Below, piece by piece: positions 41,571 to 51,385 of a DNA stretch of 64,000 nt. A program made the position numbers and the translations under genes. The notes under the pieces were generated by a model. It saw only the letters and a program-made list of their open reading frames with translations, did no database searches and was not told where the DNA came from. The DNA is taken from contig CAVRPF010000027.1 of the NCBI GenBank assembly GCA_963723015.1, forward strand, positions 184,073 to 248,072, written 5' to 3'. The DNA is from Bryobacterales bacterium. Its GTDB lineage: Bacteria > Acidobacteriota > Terriglobia > Bryobacterales > Bryobacteraceae. How positions within the stretch are numbered: the first letter of the stretch is position 1; each line of letters starts with the position of its first letter.

Positions 41571-42188
41571 ATGAGAATACTCAGGTACGCGCACGCGTTA
41601 ATGGCGCTGGCAGCCGGTCTATATGGGGCCGATACGCGCCCCGTGATCGTGTGCTTCGGCGATAGCCTGACCGCGGGCTTCGGGCTCGATGCCGGCCAGA
41701 GCTATCCCGACCTGCTACAACGGGAACTCGACCGCCGCGGCTATAAGTATCGGGTGGAGAATCTCGGGGTCAACGGCGATACGACGCAAGATGGACTCGA
41801 GCGCGTTTCGATGGCGCTGGCGTTGAAACCGGCGATTGTGATCCTGGAGCTCGGCGCTAACGACGGTCTGCGCGGCCAGCCTGTTTCGGGCATCGAGCGC
41901 AACTTAGGGCAGATGATAGAGATGTTTCAACAGGCTAAAGTGAATCTGTTACTTGTGGGCATTACGCTGCCGCCGAACTATGGGCCGGATTATATTAAGC
42001 GATTCGCCGCGATCTATCCGGCTCTGGCAGCGAAGTACAAGGTGCGGCTCCTTGGTTTTCTGCTTGCGGGCGTAGGGGGCAACGCGAGCTTAATGCAGCG
42101 GGACGGATTGCACCCGAACGCCGAGGGAACGCGCATCGTGGCCGCGACCGTGTTCCGCGCTTTGGAGCCGATGCTGAAGCAGCGGTAG
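41571..42188 (+). CDS. SGNH/GDSL hydrolase, TesA-like arylesterase/thioesterase I
   Basis: Signal peptide, then FGDSLTAG, GANDGL and DGLHPN catalytic blocks. Confidence 0.75.
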   Translation: MRILRYAHALMALAAGLYGADTRPVIVCFGDSLTAGFGLDAGQSYPDLLQRELDRRGYKYRVENLGVNGDTTQDGLERVSMALALKPAIVILELGANDGLRGQPVSGIERNLGQMIEMFQQAKVNLLLVGITLPPNYGPDYIKRFAAIYPALAAKYKVRLLGFLLAGVGGNASLMQRDGLHPNAEGTRIVAATVFRALEPMLKQR

Positions 42189-42322
42189 GGCTGGACTGCA
42201 TCAATGCTGTTCATTTAAGGCTAGGCATCCCGACACTTTCCAGCCCACGCGTAGCCGCATAGCGTGGAGCTATCGCCGGCCCGCAAAATGGGTAAGTTCC
42301 GGAGAACCGAGAACCCTACGGA

Positions 42323-42864
42323 TTAGGGCTGGAATTGGACAGGCGAAAGACCTAGGCCACGCGCAACCGTTGCTGCTCGAGCCAGTCGAGCGTTGGATGG
42401 CGGCAACGGATTCAACACTCGATAGGTATCGGCTCCAAGGTCAGGCTGTTGAGTATCCAAAGATCCCTCTCCAGAATTGGTCGAGTTCTTGTCCATGCTC
42501 GGTTCTAGCACAGAAAGCGTTTTCCGCGCGAGGGCAATTTTATGCCTTCCCGCCGTTTCCGTAAGCGTTGTCATGCCGATGACGCTGCCCCCTTGCGCTT
42601 CGATGTACCGGCACAGGTTGGCGAGAGTGCCGCCCAACATTGCGGCTACCGGCGCGAGCAGCGGTTTCCGCTCTACGATCAGAGCCGCCACGCGCCTGAA
42701 ACTTTCCTCGTTCAGCACGTCGGTAACGAACGCACACGCCGCCATCGCATCGCCCGACTGCCCGCTGCATAGGCCGGATGACGATTGCGGGCTTTCAAAT
42801 CCATATGCACCACCACATCAGGAAAATCGGGTGGCCACGGCGCGCGCTGAATTTCGTTCGTCAT
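42323..42864 (-). pseudogene. Decayed gene of unknown function (frameshifted)
   Basis: MTNEIQRAPWPPDFPDVVVHMDLKARNRHPAYAA | ..GDAMAACAFVTDVLNEESFRRVAALIVERKPLL...GGSVIGMTTL. A further fragment EHGQELDQFWRGIFGYS lies in another frame. Confidence 0.35.
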
Positions 42865-43265
42865 CCGTCCTTCATGCACCAGCTTGCCTTATCGGTCAAG
42901 CTTTTCGCACACATCGAACAAAGCCACCTCGATTCTCAAAATCGGTAAATTTTGAGATTCCGGCCCTGCCCTTTGTCGCGTGACGCCGCGGCATTTTCTC
43001 ATTGAAGGATGAGCCTGAAACCGGTAGGGGGTGCTGAGTCTCCTTTCCGACAATGTTTCGAAGCCCCGCGGCCGACCAGCGGGAGGGTGCGCGAGACCGA
43101 CAATCCTTTTCTGCTTTTCTTTGCGCTGCGGCGCTTATTTTCCTGCTTGGTATTGGGTTTGCGCCTCGGACCGGATCAGACCACCGGTCGCCGGCCAACG
43201 CGAGGCGCGGGCTGCTGCGGCTTGCGGTGTGCGCAATCCCAATACGGGAATGCGGATGGGGAAGG

Positions 43266-43368
43266 TTCCGGTAGATAAGTTGGACGCCGGCTCTTACAAG
43301 CTCGAAGTGACTACGCTCGATTCGGCGGGGAAGTCGGTCAAGAAGACTACTGGTTAACGGTGGAGTGA
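43266..43368 (+). pseudogene. Orphan 3'-terminal gene fragment
   Basis: GKVPVDKLDAGSYKLEVTTLDSAGKSVKKTT(G|L)TVE looks like the last strands of a secreted beta-sandwich protein. There is no upstream coding continuation. Confidence 0.3.
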
Positions 43369-43389
43369 GACCGGTTTAGCGGCAAAGGG

Positions 43390-43667
43390 TTTGAGTTAAC
43401 GGCACAGCCAGCCTTGGCCCCGAATCGCTTTATCTGGGCAGGCGAATTGATGGTGACAGGGCCCGCAGCCGCCACGGCAGTTCGGTTCTCCTAAGTTGAG
43501 GCTGAAGCGCTCTGATCAGAGGGCTTCATGGGCACTCCAGGGCGCGTCTCGACCCAGAGGCGAAGTTGATTGAGATCCGAGATGCTGATCGCGCAATCAC
43601 GCATCGCTCTATCAGATGTTGCCGTACCCCTTCGGGGCAGGCTGTCCCAGCGTTCGAGCTGCGGCAT
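43390..43667 (-). pseudogene. Possible degraded MazF/PemK-like toxin
   Basis: The ATG overlaps the RHH stop (TAATG). The fragment PRRG...RDCAISISDLNQLRLWVETRP weakly resembles the MazF pattern RG...RPCVIVSPDEMN..LRTVIVAP. The frame is broken downstream. Confidence 0.25.
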
Positions 43668-43924
43668 TAGCCGCCGAAGACCATTCTGCCGAGTTCATCA
43701 CCCAACCGGTGAGCCGCGTCCGGATCCTGCTCGTTGCGGAAACGCTCAGCCAGGGCAAAAAACTGCTGCTGCTTTCGCTTCTCTGCGTCGATTCCGTTCT
43801 CGATCAGCTCCAACAACATGCGATTCTTGCTCAGCTTTCGGCTCTTGGCCATACTACCCACCTGCTTCGCCAACCTGGGCGGCAGACTGACGCTCTGGCG
43901 AACCGCCTTCTCAGCCACTTTCAT
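43667..43924 (-). CDS. Ribbon-helix-helix (CopG-like) antitoxin-type protein
   Basis: MKVAEKAVRQSVSLPPRLAKQVGSMAKSRKLSKNRMLLELIENG is an RHH beta-strand plus helix pattern. Confidence 0.6.
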   Translation of the reverse strand: MKVAEKAVRQSVSLPPRLAKQVGSMAKSRKLSKNRMLLELIENGIDAEKRKQQQFFALAERFRNEQDPDAAHRLGDELGRMVFGG

Positions 43925-44234
43925 GACACCATTATGCACCAAAATGGTGTATGGGATCAGAAGCCCATTCCTCGTGGCGCCGTGGCAGGATTCTTCGAGC
44001 GCCAAACCAGCGGCGGTCAAGGAGGCTGCGTGACAGGGCGCAGCCCCGACGGATCAGCCTCAGTTCGACGCTAGCGAATACTTAGGCGCTCTCGGTGGCC
44101 CCACCCGGTAAGTGCTAGCACTCGATGTACTCGGCGAAGGTTGCGACCGCCACGGTCCACATTGCCGGCGGGGGGTGAGACCCCATAGGGAACCGCTAGA
44201 ATGAATTTGAGTAAGACAGACGGAGGAAAGAAAA

Positions 44235-47200
44235 ATGGCGAGCGTACGAAGGGCAGCAAACGGAATCACCCTGATGTTTATCGGTGTTTGGATCGTGACG
44301 ACCGGGAATATCTTCGCGGGTCCGACGGAAAAGGCGCCCGACACGAAATCAGCCAAGGCAGCCCTGCTGGGCGCGCCCCTAAATTTCGAGGCCAATCAGG
44401 GCCAAACGGACAGCCGGGTAAAGTTTCTATCCCACGGCGATGGCTACGCATTGTTTCTGACATCGCACGAAGCTGTCTTCACGTTGCGGCCGCCGGCAGG
44501 CGCCAAAGCTCCGCCCACGGTTTTCCGTATGGAACTGCGGGGAGCCAATCGTGCAGCTCAGGTTACCGGCGCCGATAAGCTGGCGGGCGTAGCCAACTAT
44601 TACATTGGGAACGACGCGAAGAAGTGGCGCAGCGGAATCGCCACTTACGGCAAAGTGAAGTATGAGGGCATCTACCCTGGCGTCGATGCGGTGTTTTACG
44701 GCAATCAGCGCCAATTGGAGTATGACTTTGTTGTCGCGCCCGGCGCCGACCCGAGGCAAATTTCGCTCGGTTTGACTGGCTCCGCGCCGAGTCTCGATGC
44801 CGACGGGAATGTCGTCCTGAAGCTGGCTGATGGCAGCCTAGCGTTGAAAAAGCCCGTGGCTTATCAAAATATTGCCGGCGAAAAGAAGCCCGTAGACGCT
44901 GGCTACATGCTTGCAGGCAACAAGGTCCGCTTCCATCTCGGCAAATACGACCACAACCAGACACTGGTGATCGATCCCGTGTTTACGTATCTGACGTATT
45001 TGGGCGGTTCGAGCGTGGACTACATCGGTGGCATCACAGCCGTGGGTCAGGTTGGTAGTCCCAACCAGGCTTTGGCGATTGACTCTGCCGGGAATGTCTA
45101 CGTTGCCGGAGAAACTATTTCAACGGATTTTCCCGTGGCCAACGCCTATCAATCCACCAGAAACGAACCCGGAGGCTTTTACACGGCCTTTGTGAGCGCA
45201 CTGAACTCAACCGGCGCCGCGCTGTTGTACAGCACCTATCTGGGTGGGTCCGTTGAGCGGCGGAGGGAACCCCGGTTCGGTCATAGCCTCCTCGATCGCC
45301 TGGGATAGCTTCGATAACGCAGTCTACGTTGTTGGTACTGCCGCCAACGCCGGATTTTCCGACTACGCCGGGCGCATACCAAACTAAGAACCCTAATGGC
45401 CAATACTTCCCCTTTGTGGCCAAATTCAGCGCCTCAGGCCAACTTACTAACTCGACATTTTTGGCCGCCGGCGGCGGCGGCTACCAGTATGGGCTCGGCG
45501 TAGCGGCGGACTCCCTGGGACAAGCCTACATCGTTGGTTTTACCTCATACGATCAATTGCACGGCGCAATCGTCGCAGAACTGCTTCCCCACAACGCGGG
45601 AGCCGTGATTGCCGGCTCCAGCACCGCGGCCGGCACGAATTAGGGAAATGGCTTCGTATCCGTTTTGAACCCCTCCTTGTCAACGCTCTTGTATTCCACG
45701 CTGCTTGGCGATCCCAATGGCGCATCTAATGGCTACGGTACGGAAGCCTTTGGCGTGACAGTGGACCCGAGTGGGAATTTTTATGTGGTTGGGCAAACGG
45801 GCGCGGCAACCCTGCCGGTCACTTCAGGCGCATTCCAGAAGACCCTTATATCGCCCAGCAGTATTCCGGTTGTAGGCTTTGCCGCGAAGTTCGGGCCGGT
45901 AAGCGCCAAGGGGGCGTCGCTCCTTTATCTCACCTATCTGGAAGCCACGGGCGAAAGCATCACCGACGTCGCCACCGGCGTGGCCGCCGACAGCCAAGGC
46001 AATGCTTATATTGGGGGCTGGACACTTTCGCCGACATTCCCCACAACTTCGGGCGCCATCCAAAACGTCTGCAACCCCAACACTTTCCCATACAATTGCG
46101 CATTCGTGGCCAAATTGAATCCCACCGGGACAGCTTTGGTCTGGTCCACGCTTGTGGAACCCGCTCACTCCCTCACCGCCATTCAGCTCGATACGCAAGG
46201 GAATGTATATGTGGCCGGTAACAACAACGGCTTTTTTCAAGCAGTGAACGCAGTGGAGCCTAACCTAAACCAGGGCGGAGCGTTCGTTGCGAAAATCAAT
46301 TCGACAGGAAGCGCGCTGCTGTTTGCTTCCCTGATCGGGGGGACGGATGGCGTTGGGAGTCTGGCGGTGACGGGCCTGGCTGCGGACGCGTCCGGGAACA
46401 TCTACATAGCGGGCTACGACAGGGACACTACACTTCCTACGACACCCGGCGCGTTGCAGCCTGCCTTAAAGAACCCCGGTACCGGTAACAGCTACGACGG
46501 CTACATCGGCAAGATCAGCCTGGCGCCCTCGATCATGGCCGGCGGCATCGTACCCAATGACAGTTCCATTAGCTCGATCGAGGCCGGCGAATGGATTTCA
46601 ATCTACGGCGTCAATCTCGCCAGCGCCCCCGCAACCTGGACCGGCAACTTCCCGGTATCGCTCGGCGGCGTTAGCGTCACCATCGCCGGACAACAGGCTT
46701 ATTTGTGGTATGTCAGTCCCACTCAGATCAACCTGCAAGTTCCGAACATCACAGCGACGGGACCAGTCACCGTGGTGGTCACAGGGCCGAACGGAACTGT
46801 ATCATCCACCGTTACACTCGCCCAATTTGCTCCTGCGTTCAACTTGCTCGATGCTAAACACGTGGCGGGCATCATTCTGAGGTCGAACGGCTCCGGCGCT
46901 TACGGCGGAGGCTCCTATGACGTCATCGGCCCGACCGGAAGCTCGCTTGGTTATGCGACAGTTGCGGCGAAAGCGGGCGACGTCGTTGAGCTTTTCGGCG
47001 TCGGATTCGGACCGACTAGTCCGGCAGTTGCCCCGGGCGCGGTATTCACTGGTTCGGCAGCCACTACTAACGCCGTTAGCCTCCGCATCAACAACGTGAG
47101 CGTCAGTCCGTCCTTCGCCGGATTGTCCGCGGCCGGCCTCTATCAGATCAATTTCACCGTCCCGCCGGGCCTTGGCACGGGCGACGTCGCGCTCGTGGCA

Positions 47201-47251
47201 ACCGTCGGAGGCGTGTCGACACAACCGAACGTCGTCATCTCACTGCAGTAA
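44235..47251 (+). CDS. Large secreted SBBP beta-propeller-repeat protein with TIGR03437-type Solibacter C-terminal domain; ~2 frameshifts (~45255, ~45355) and an in-frame TAG (45641-45643)
   Basis: Signal-anchor-like N-terminus, then LNFEANQGQTD. Repeated units include D..GN.Y..G.T.S.DFP and PTT.GA.Q. The C-terminus has GEWISIYGVNLA...LGGVSVTIAGQQAYLWYVSPTQINLQVP...FAGLSAAGLYQINFTVP. Confidence 0.8.
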
Positions 47252-47284
47252 GAGGCTCTCTGATTGCGGCGGTTTCTAGTCCCG

Positions 47285-47310
47285 GTTGTCGACGGCCGGC
47301 CGCCGACAAC
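47285..47310. terminator. GC-rich hairpin between convergent genes (possible bidirectional terminator)
   Basis: GTTGTCGACGG-CCGG-CCGCCGACAAC forms an 11-bp stem with one mismatch. There is no clear U-tract. Confidence 0.4.
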
Positions 47311-47373
47311 TCCTCTCTGACGGCGCAACCGCGCCGCCCAACGCGCTTTGGCCCTACCGTGGACGCAATGGCT

Positions 47374-48324
47374 CTAAGGCTGGAGTGAGTTTGATCCGCG
47401 GTACCACTCGAGCGTCCGCCGCATGCCTTCTTCAAAGGTATACTGCGGCGCGTGGCCCAGGTCGCGCACCGCGGCCGTGGTATCGGCTTGGGAATCGCGC
47501 ACATCGCCACGCCGCGGCGGCTCGTACCGGGCGGGAATCTCGACGCCTTCCAGTCTCTGAATCAGCGCCCAGGCTTGATTGAGGGTAATGCGCTCGCCGT
47601 TACCGGCGTTGTAGACGTTCCCCGATACGTTGGGCGCGCGCGCGGCCTTCAGGTTCAACTCCGCGACATCGTCCACGAAGGTGAAGTCGCGCGATTGCTC
47701 TCCATCTCCGAATATCGCCGGCGCCTTGCGCTCCAGAACCGCTTTCATGAAGAGCGATAGCACTCCCGAATACGCGCTCGATGGGTCCTGCCGCGGACCA
47801 TAAACATTAAAGTAGCGCAAGGCTACTGTCTCTAGTCCGTAGACGGAGGAGAAAACGCCGGCGTAATACTCACCCACCAGCTTCTGCAGCGCATAGGGCG
47901 ATTTGGGCCGCGGCGCCATGCTTTCCTCCTTGGGCAGCACTTCCGTATCGCCATACGCCGATGAAGACGCGGCGTAGACTACGCGCCCGGCTTTGCCTTC
48001 CTGCGCGGCGCGCAGGACGTTGAACGTACCGTTAATATTGCAGTCGTGAGAAGGAACCGGATCGTCGATGGATCGCGGCACTGAGGGGATGGCAGCCTCA
48101 TGGAACACCACCGCCGCGCCGCGAATAAGAGGCGCGATTCCTTCATAGTCGCGGATATCGATGCGATGGAGATCCACCGATGCGCGCACTTCCTCCAGAT
48201 TGCTCTCGTGGCCCGTGAGCAGATTGTCGATCACGACCACTTTCCGCGCGCCTTCAGCGAGCAGACGGCGCACAATAGCGGAGCCGATAAAGCCCGCCCC
48301 TCCCGTTACCACGTAATGACTCAT
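47374..48324 (-). CDS. NAD-dependent nucleotide-sugar epimerase/dehydratase (GalE/WbpP-like SDR)
   Basis: VTGGAGFIGS, SSSAYG and YALQK (YxxxK). Intact. Confidence 0.85.
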   Translation of the reverse strand: MSHYVVTGGAGFIGSAIVRRLLAEGARKVVVIDNLLTGHESNLEEVRASVDLHRIDIRDYEGIAPLIRGAAVVFHEAAIPSVPRSIDDPVPSHDCNINGTFNVLRAAQEGKAGRVVYAASSSAYGDTEVLPKEESMAPRPKSPYALQKLVGEYYAGVFSSVYGLETVALRYFNVYGPRQDPSSAYSGVLSLFMKAVLERKAPAIFGDGEQSRDFTFVDDVAELNLKAARAPNVSGNVYNAGNGERITLNQAWALIQRLEGVEIPARYEPPRRGDVRDSQADTTAAVRDLGHAPQYTFEEGMRRTLEWYRGSNSLQP

Positions 48325-49142
48325 GATTGTTGCGATTCCAGATGACGCAGCGATTCCGCCGCCAACCGCTCGGCGCCGTAACTGAAGTCAAAAGCCTCCA
48401 GGGAAATCCAGCCGCTGTAGCGCAGGCGCGCCAGCGTCTCTAAGACCGGACGGAAATCGTAATCGCGGGCACCGCAGTGGCTTCCATCGAGCTCATTGAC
48501 ATGGACGTGCCGAATGTGTCCGAAGTAGCGCTCGATCAGCGCGGCGTGCGGCTCTTGCTCGTCAATGGCGTTATGGACGTCGAACATGGTTTGAACAGCC
48601 GGACTATTGATCTCTTCGACAATCCCTGCCGCCTCCTTTAACGACTGCACCACATCGCATTGGTTCAAGGGCAAGGCTTCGAGCAATACCGTAACGCCGC
48701 GCGCGGCCGCAAGCGGCGCGACGGAGGCAAGACCCTCGGCCATGTGGCGCGTGGCCTCAGCGCGCGAAAGTCCTCCGGTCGAGCCACGCTGCTTCGGCGA
48801 CCCGAACACCATCACGCCATCCGGACCAAGGTCGGCGCACAGATCGATCAGATGGCGGATATGTTCCCAACTGGCGCGGCGCAGCCCGGCATCGGCGGTA
48901 GTGACGTGTAACCCCGGCGGACTCACCATTAGCCAGTGCAGGCCCACAAAGGCTAGCCCCTCGGATTGCATAATGCCGGCATATTCCTTGCGCGCGGCGG
49001 TGCTTACATTCACGGGCTTATCCGCGAGCGTATAGGGCGCGATTTCGATCCCCGTGTAGCCGATTTTGGCAATGGCGCGGCAGGCATCGGCGAAGGGATA
49101 TTTTTCAAATGCCTCGTTGCAGATAGAATGGCGAAAGGTCAA
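48321..49142 (-). CDS. Sugar phosphate isomerase/epimerase (xylose-isomerase-like TIM barrel)
   Basis: GYTGIEI, LLEALP and HVHVNE pattern. ATGA overlap with the downstream epimerase. Confidence 0.7.
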   Translation of the reverse strand: MTFRHSICNEAFEKYPFADACRAIAKIGYTGIEIAPYTLADKPVNVSTAARKEYAGIMQSEGLAFVGLHWLMVSPPGLHVTTADAGLRRASWEHIRHLIDLCADLGPDGVMVFGSPKQRGSTGGLSRAEATRHMAEGLASVAPLAAARGVTVLLEALPLNQCDVVQSLKEAAGIVEEINSPAVQTMFDVHNAIDEQEPHAALIERYFGHIRHVHVNELDGSHCGARDYDFRPVLETLARLRYSGWISLEAFDFSYGAERLAAESLRHLESQQS

Positions 49143-49185
49143 TTAAACAGTCTACCGTGCCAGCTTTCCGGCGCGGCGCTTAATT

Positions 49186-51294
49186 TCAATCCGCAAGCGC
49201 CCGGGGATCGGTGCTCTGCAGCTCGATCCATCCCTGCTGCGGCACGGCGTCCATGGGCAGTCCGCTCTCCCAGATCGACAGTTGAAAGCGCACGCCGCGG
49301 CCCGGACTGACGCCGACGGATACCAATGGAATGCCGATCTCGAGCACGCTGCCGAGCGCGCACTCGACGGACTCGATGCCATCGGCGCGCGCCAGTCCGT
49401 GTCCGATCGCGATAGACATCTGGCTCGACCTGCCGCTATCCATCCCCACTGCCGTGAAGCGCACCTCCATGCCCGGCAATGCCTGTTCATAGCCCTGATG
49501 GAAATCGACGCGCGCGAACAGATGGGCGCCGTCGCTGCCAAACTGCACCTCCTTCACCAGAAATTTCTTGCCGTGCATGGAGCCGGAGCGCTCATCCACG
49601 CGATAGATTCCCGCTCCCATCCATTCAAAATAAGACGTCACCTCGCCGTCGATCACAGGCGAGATGGGTCCCGAAGGCGGAATCTGTACCGCCTCCACGG
49701 CGATGCGCAGAATGGGCCGCGACAATTCTTCGGGCGGCATCAGGTTCAGAAAGCGGTAAACGTTCGCGAGATGGCTGCGGTAGAGCTGGTCGAACTCTTC
49801 GCGGTTGGCCGAATCGTGCTCCGGGCCATACCACCAGCACCAGTCGCTGCCCTCGGCGATCAGCAGTTCTTCGAAGGCGAGCTTCCGTTCTTTCTCGGGT
49901 GCGCCGGCGGCGGCCTGGTCGTACGTCTCTCGGGCGCGCAGCAACTGTGCCCAGGCCTGATTATCCTCGTCGGCGCCGATCCACACGTCGAAGTTCGCGT
50001 CGATCCACGAGCCGGGGAAGATGTGGTCGACGCGCTCGGGCTCCATCAGTTTGAAAGCCTCGCTCACGGTGACGGCTTGCATCTGCTCGTCCTCGGAAAT
50101 GCGGCGGTAGAGCTCGCGCAAAAACGGGCGTCCGTTGCGTTCGTAGTATTCCCAGGCATTCTCGCCATCGAGAATAATAGGGACGAGCGCATCGCGGCCG
50201 GATGCGGTAATGGCGCTGCAATTCTCGCGAATACGGCGCAAAAAATCGACCGCCGCGGCGGCGGCATCCATTTTGGAATACACGAACCCGATCAGGTCGC
50301 TCAGGAAGTGATCGCGGAACAGCACGCCGAGAGAGCGGCCGCCCTGCTGCCAGCAATACGGACGGTACAGGCCCTCCACGCCAACCGGCCGCGAGAGCGT
50401 GCGGTTCAAGATGCCGCTATCGGTGGCGCTCCATTGAAACCCCAGTTCGGAGGCGATCTGGAACACTTCGTCGGAGACGGATCCTTCCGAAGGCCACACG
50501 CCGGCGGGAGCGGCGCCGAATTGATTGGCAATGTATTCGCGCGCCATGACGAGTTGCCGGCGGGCGTCCTGAGGATAGCGAAAACGAGGCGGCAGCGAAA
50601 CCTTAGGGTGGGCCATGCTGGCGACGTTGGAATCGCAAATCAGCGGCAGAATCGGATGATAGAACGGCGTAGTGGAGATTTCGATTTGCCCGGAAGCCGC
50701 CCTCTTGCGATATTCGGGAATCACCTGCCCGAGAATGTCGCGCTGCTTTTCGCCCAGGCGGTATTGATCGGCGAGGGTAAAATTGCGGCCTCGCTGGACC
50801 CATTCGCGCACTTCCGCGTCGCCCTCCTTAAATTCCTCGTCGAACCAGGCGAGCTGGGACCAGATTTGCAGATCGCGGAATTCCTGCGCGCCGAAGAGGC
50901 TGCGAGACGCGGTATTCCGCTGCGCTTGCCATGCATTATAGAGCTCGCCGTATCGAGGATAACGGTAGATCATATGCTGCGCATCCGAATAGAAGGAATG
51001 CCGCAAAATAAAGGCGCGGTCTGCGTCGGTAAGGCTCTCGGCGGGTTTCAGCGCGGCGTCGAGAAAGGGGTCGGCCGCCTCTCCCGCCGCATATTCCACC
51101 ACCTGCGCCAGCATCGATGGAACCAGATTGAAGGTCTGGTGGATCTTGGGGAACTCTTCGAGAATGCGCGCCATGCCGTAATAGTCCTTGAGGGCATGCA
51201 TGCGTGTCCACGGAAGCTTGTACTCGCCGGAAATCAGGTCCTTGTAGAAGGGCTGGTGCATGTGCCACAGAAAGCACAGGTGGATTTGAGGCAT
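49186..51294 (-). CDS. Glycoside hydrolase family 57 alpha-glucan-active enzyme (702 aa)
   Basis: LCFLWHMHQPFYKD...WTRMHALKDYYGM...FNLVPSML is the typical GH57 N-terminus. Also WPSEGSVS and DGENAWEYY. Confidence 0.8.
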   Translation of the reverse strand: MPQIHLCFLWHMHQPFYKDLISGEYKLPWTRMHALKDYYGMARILEEFPKIHQTFNLVPSMLAQVVEYAAGEAADPFLDAALKPAESLTDADRAFILRHSFYSDAQHMIYRYPRYGELYNAWQAQRNTASRSLFGAQEFRDLQIWSQLAWFDEEFKEGDAEVREWVQRGRNFTLADQYRLGEKQRDILGQVIPEYRKRAASGQIEISTTPFYHPILPLICDSNVASMAHPKVSLPPRFRYPQDARRQLVMAREYIANQFGAAPAGVWPSEGSVSDEVFQIASELGFQWSATDSGILNRTLSRPVGVEGLYRPYCWQQGGRSLGVLFRDHFLSDLIGFVYSKMDAAAAAVDFLRRIRENCSAITASGRDALVPIILDGENAWEYYERNGRPFLRELYRRISEDEQMQAVTVSEAFKLMEPERVDHIFPGSWIDANFDVWIGADEDNQAWAQLLRARETYDQAAAGAPEKERKLAFEELLIAEGSDWCWWYGPEHDSANREEFDQLYRSHLANVYRFLNLMPPEELSRPILRIAVEAVQIPPSGPISPVIDGEVTSYFEWMGAGIYRVDERSGSMHGKKFLVKEVQFGSDGAHLFARVDFHQGYEQALPGMEVRFTAVGMDSGRSSQMSIAIGHGLARADGIESVECALGSVLEIGIPLVSVGVSPGRGVRFQLSIWESGLPMDAVPQQGWIELQSTDPRALAD

Positions 51295-51385
51295 CTCACT
51301 TTAGTGTAGATGGCGATGAAGATGTTCCGGATGGCGCAGACCTGAGTACCGGTAGACCACTTGGCGCCCCGCCCGGCGCGGATGA

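Noticed and set aside
49282-51309. A 675-aa ORF on the plus strand, opposite the GH57 gene.
   Set aside because: Its translation is Arg/Ala/Gly-rich with no motifs, whereas the minus-strand frame has clear GH57 signatures. This is a typical shadow ORF in high-GC DNA.
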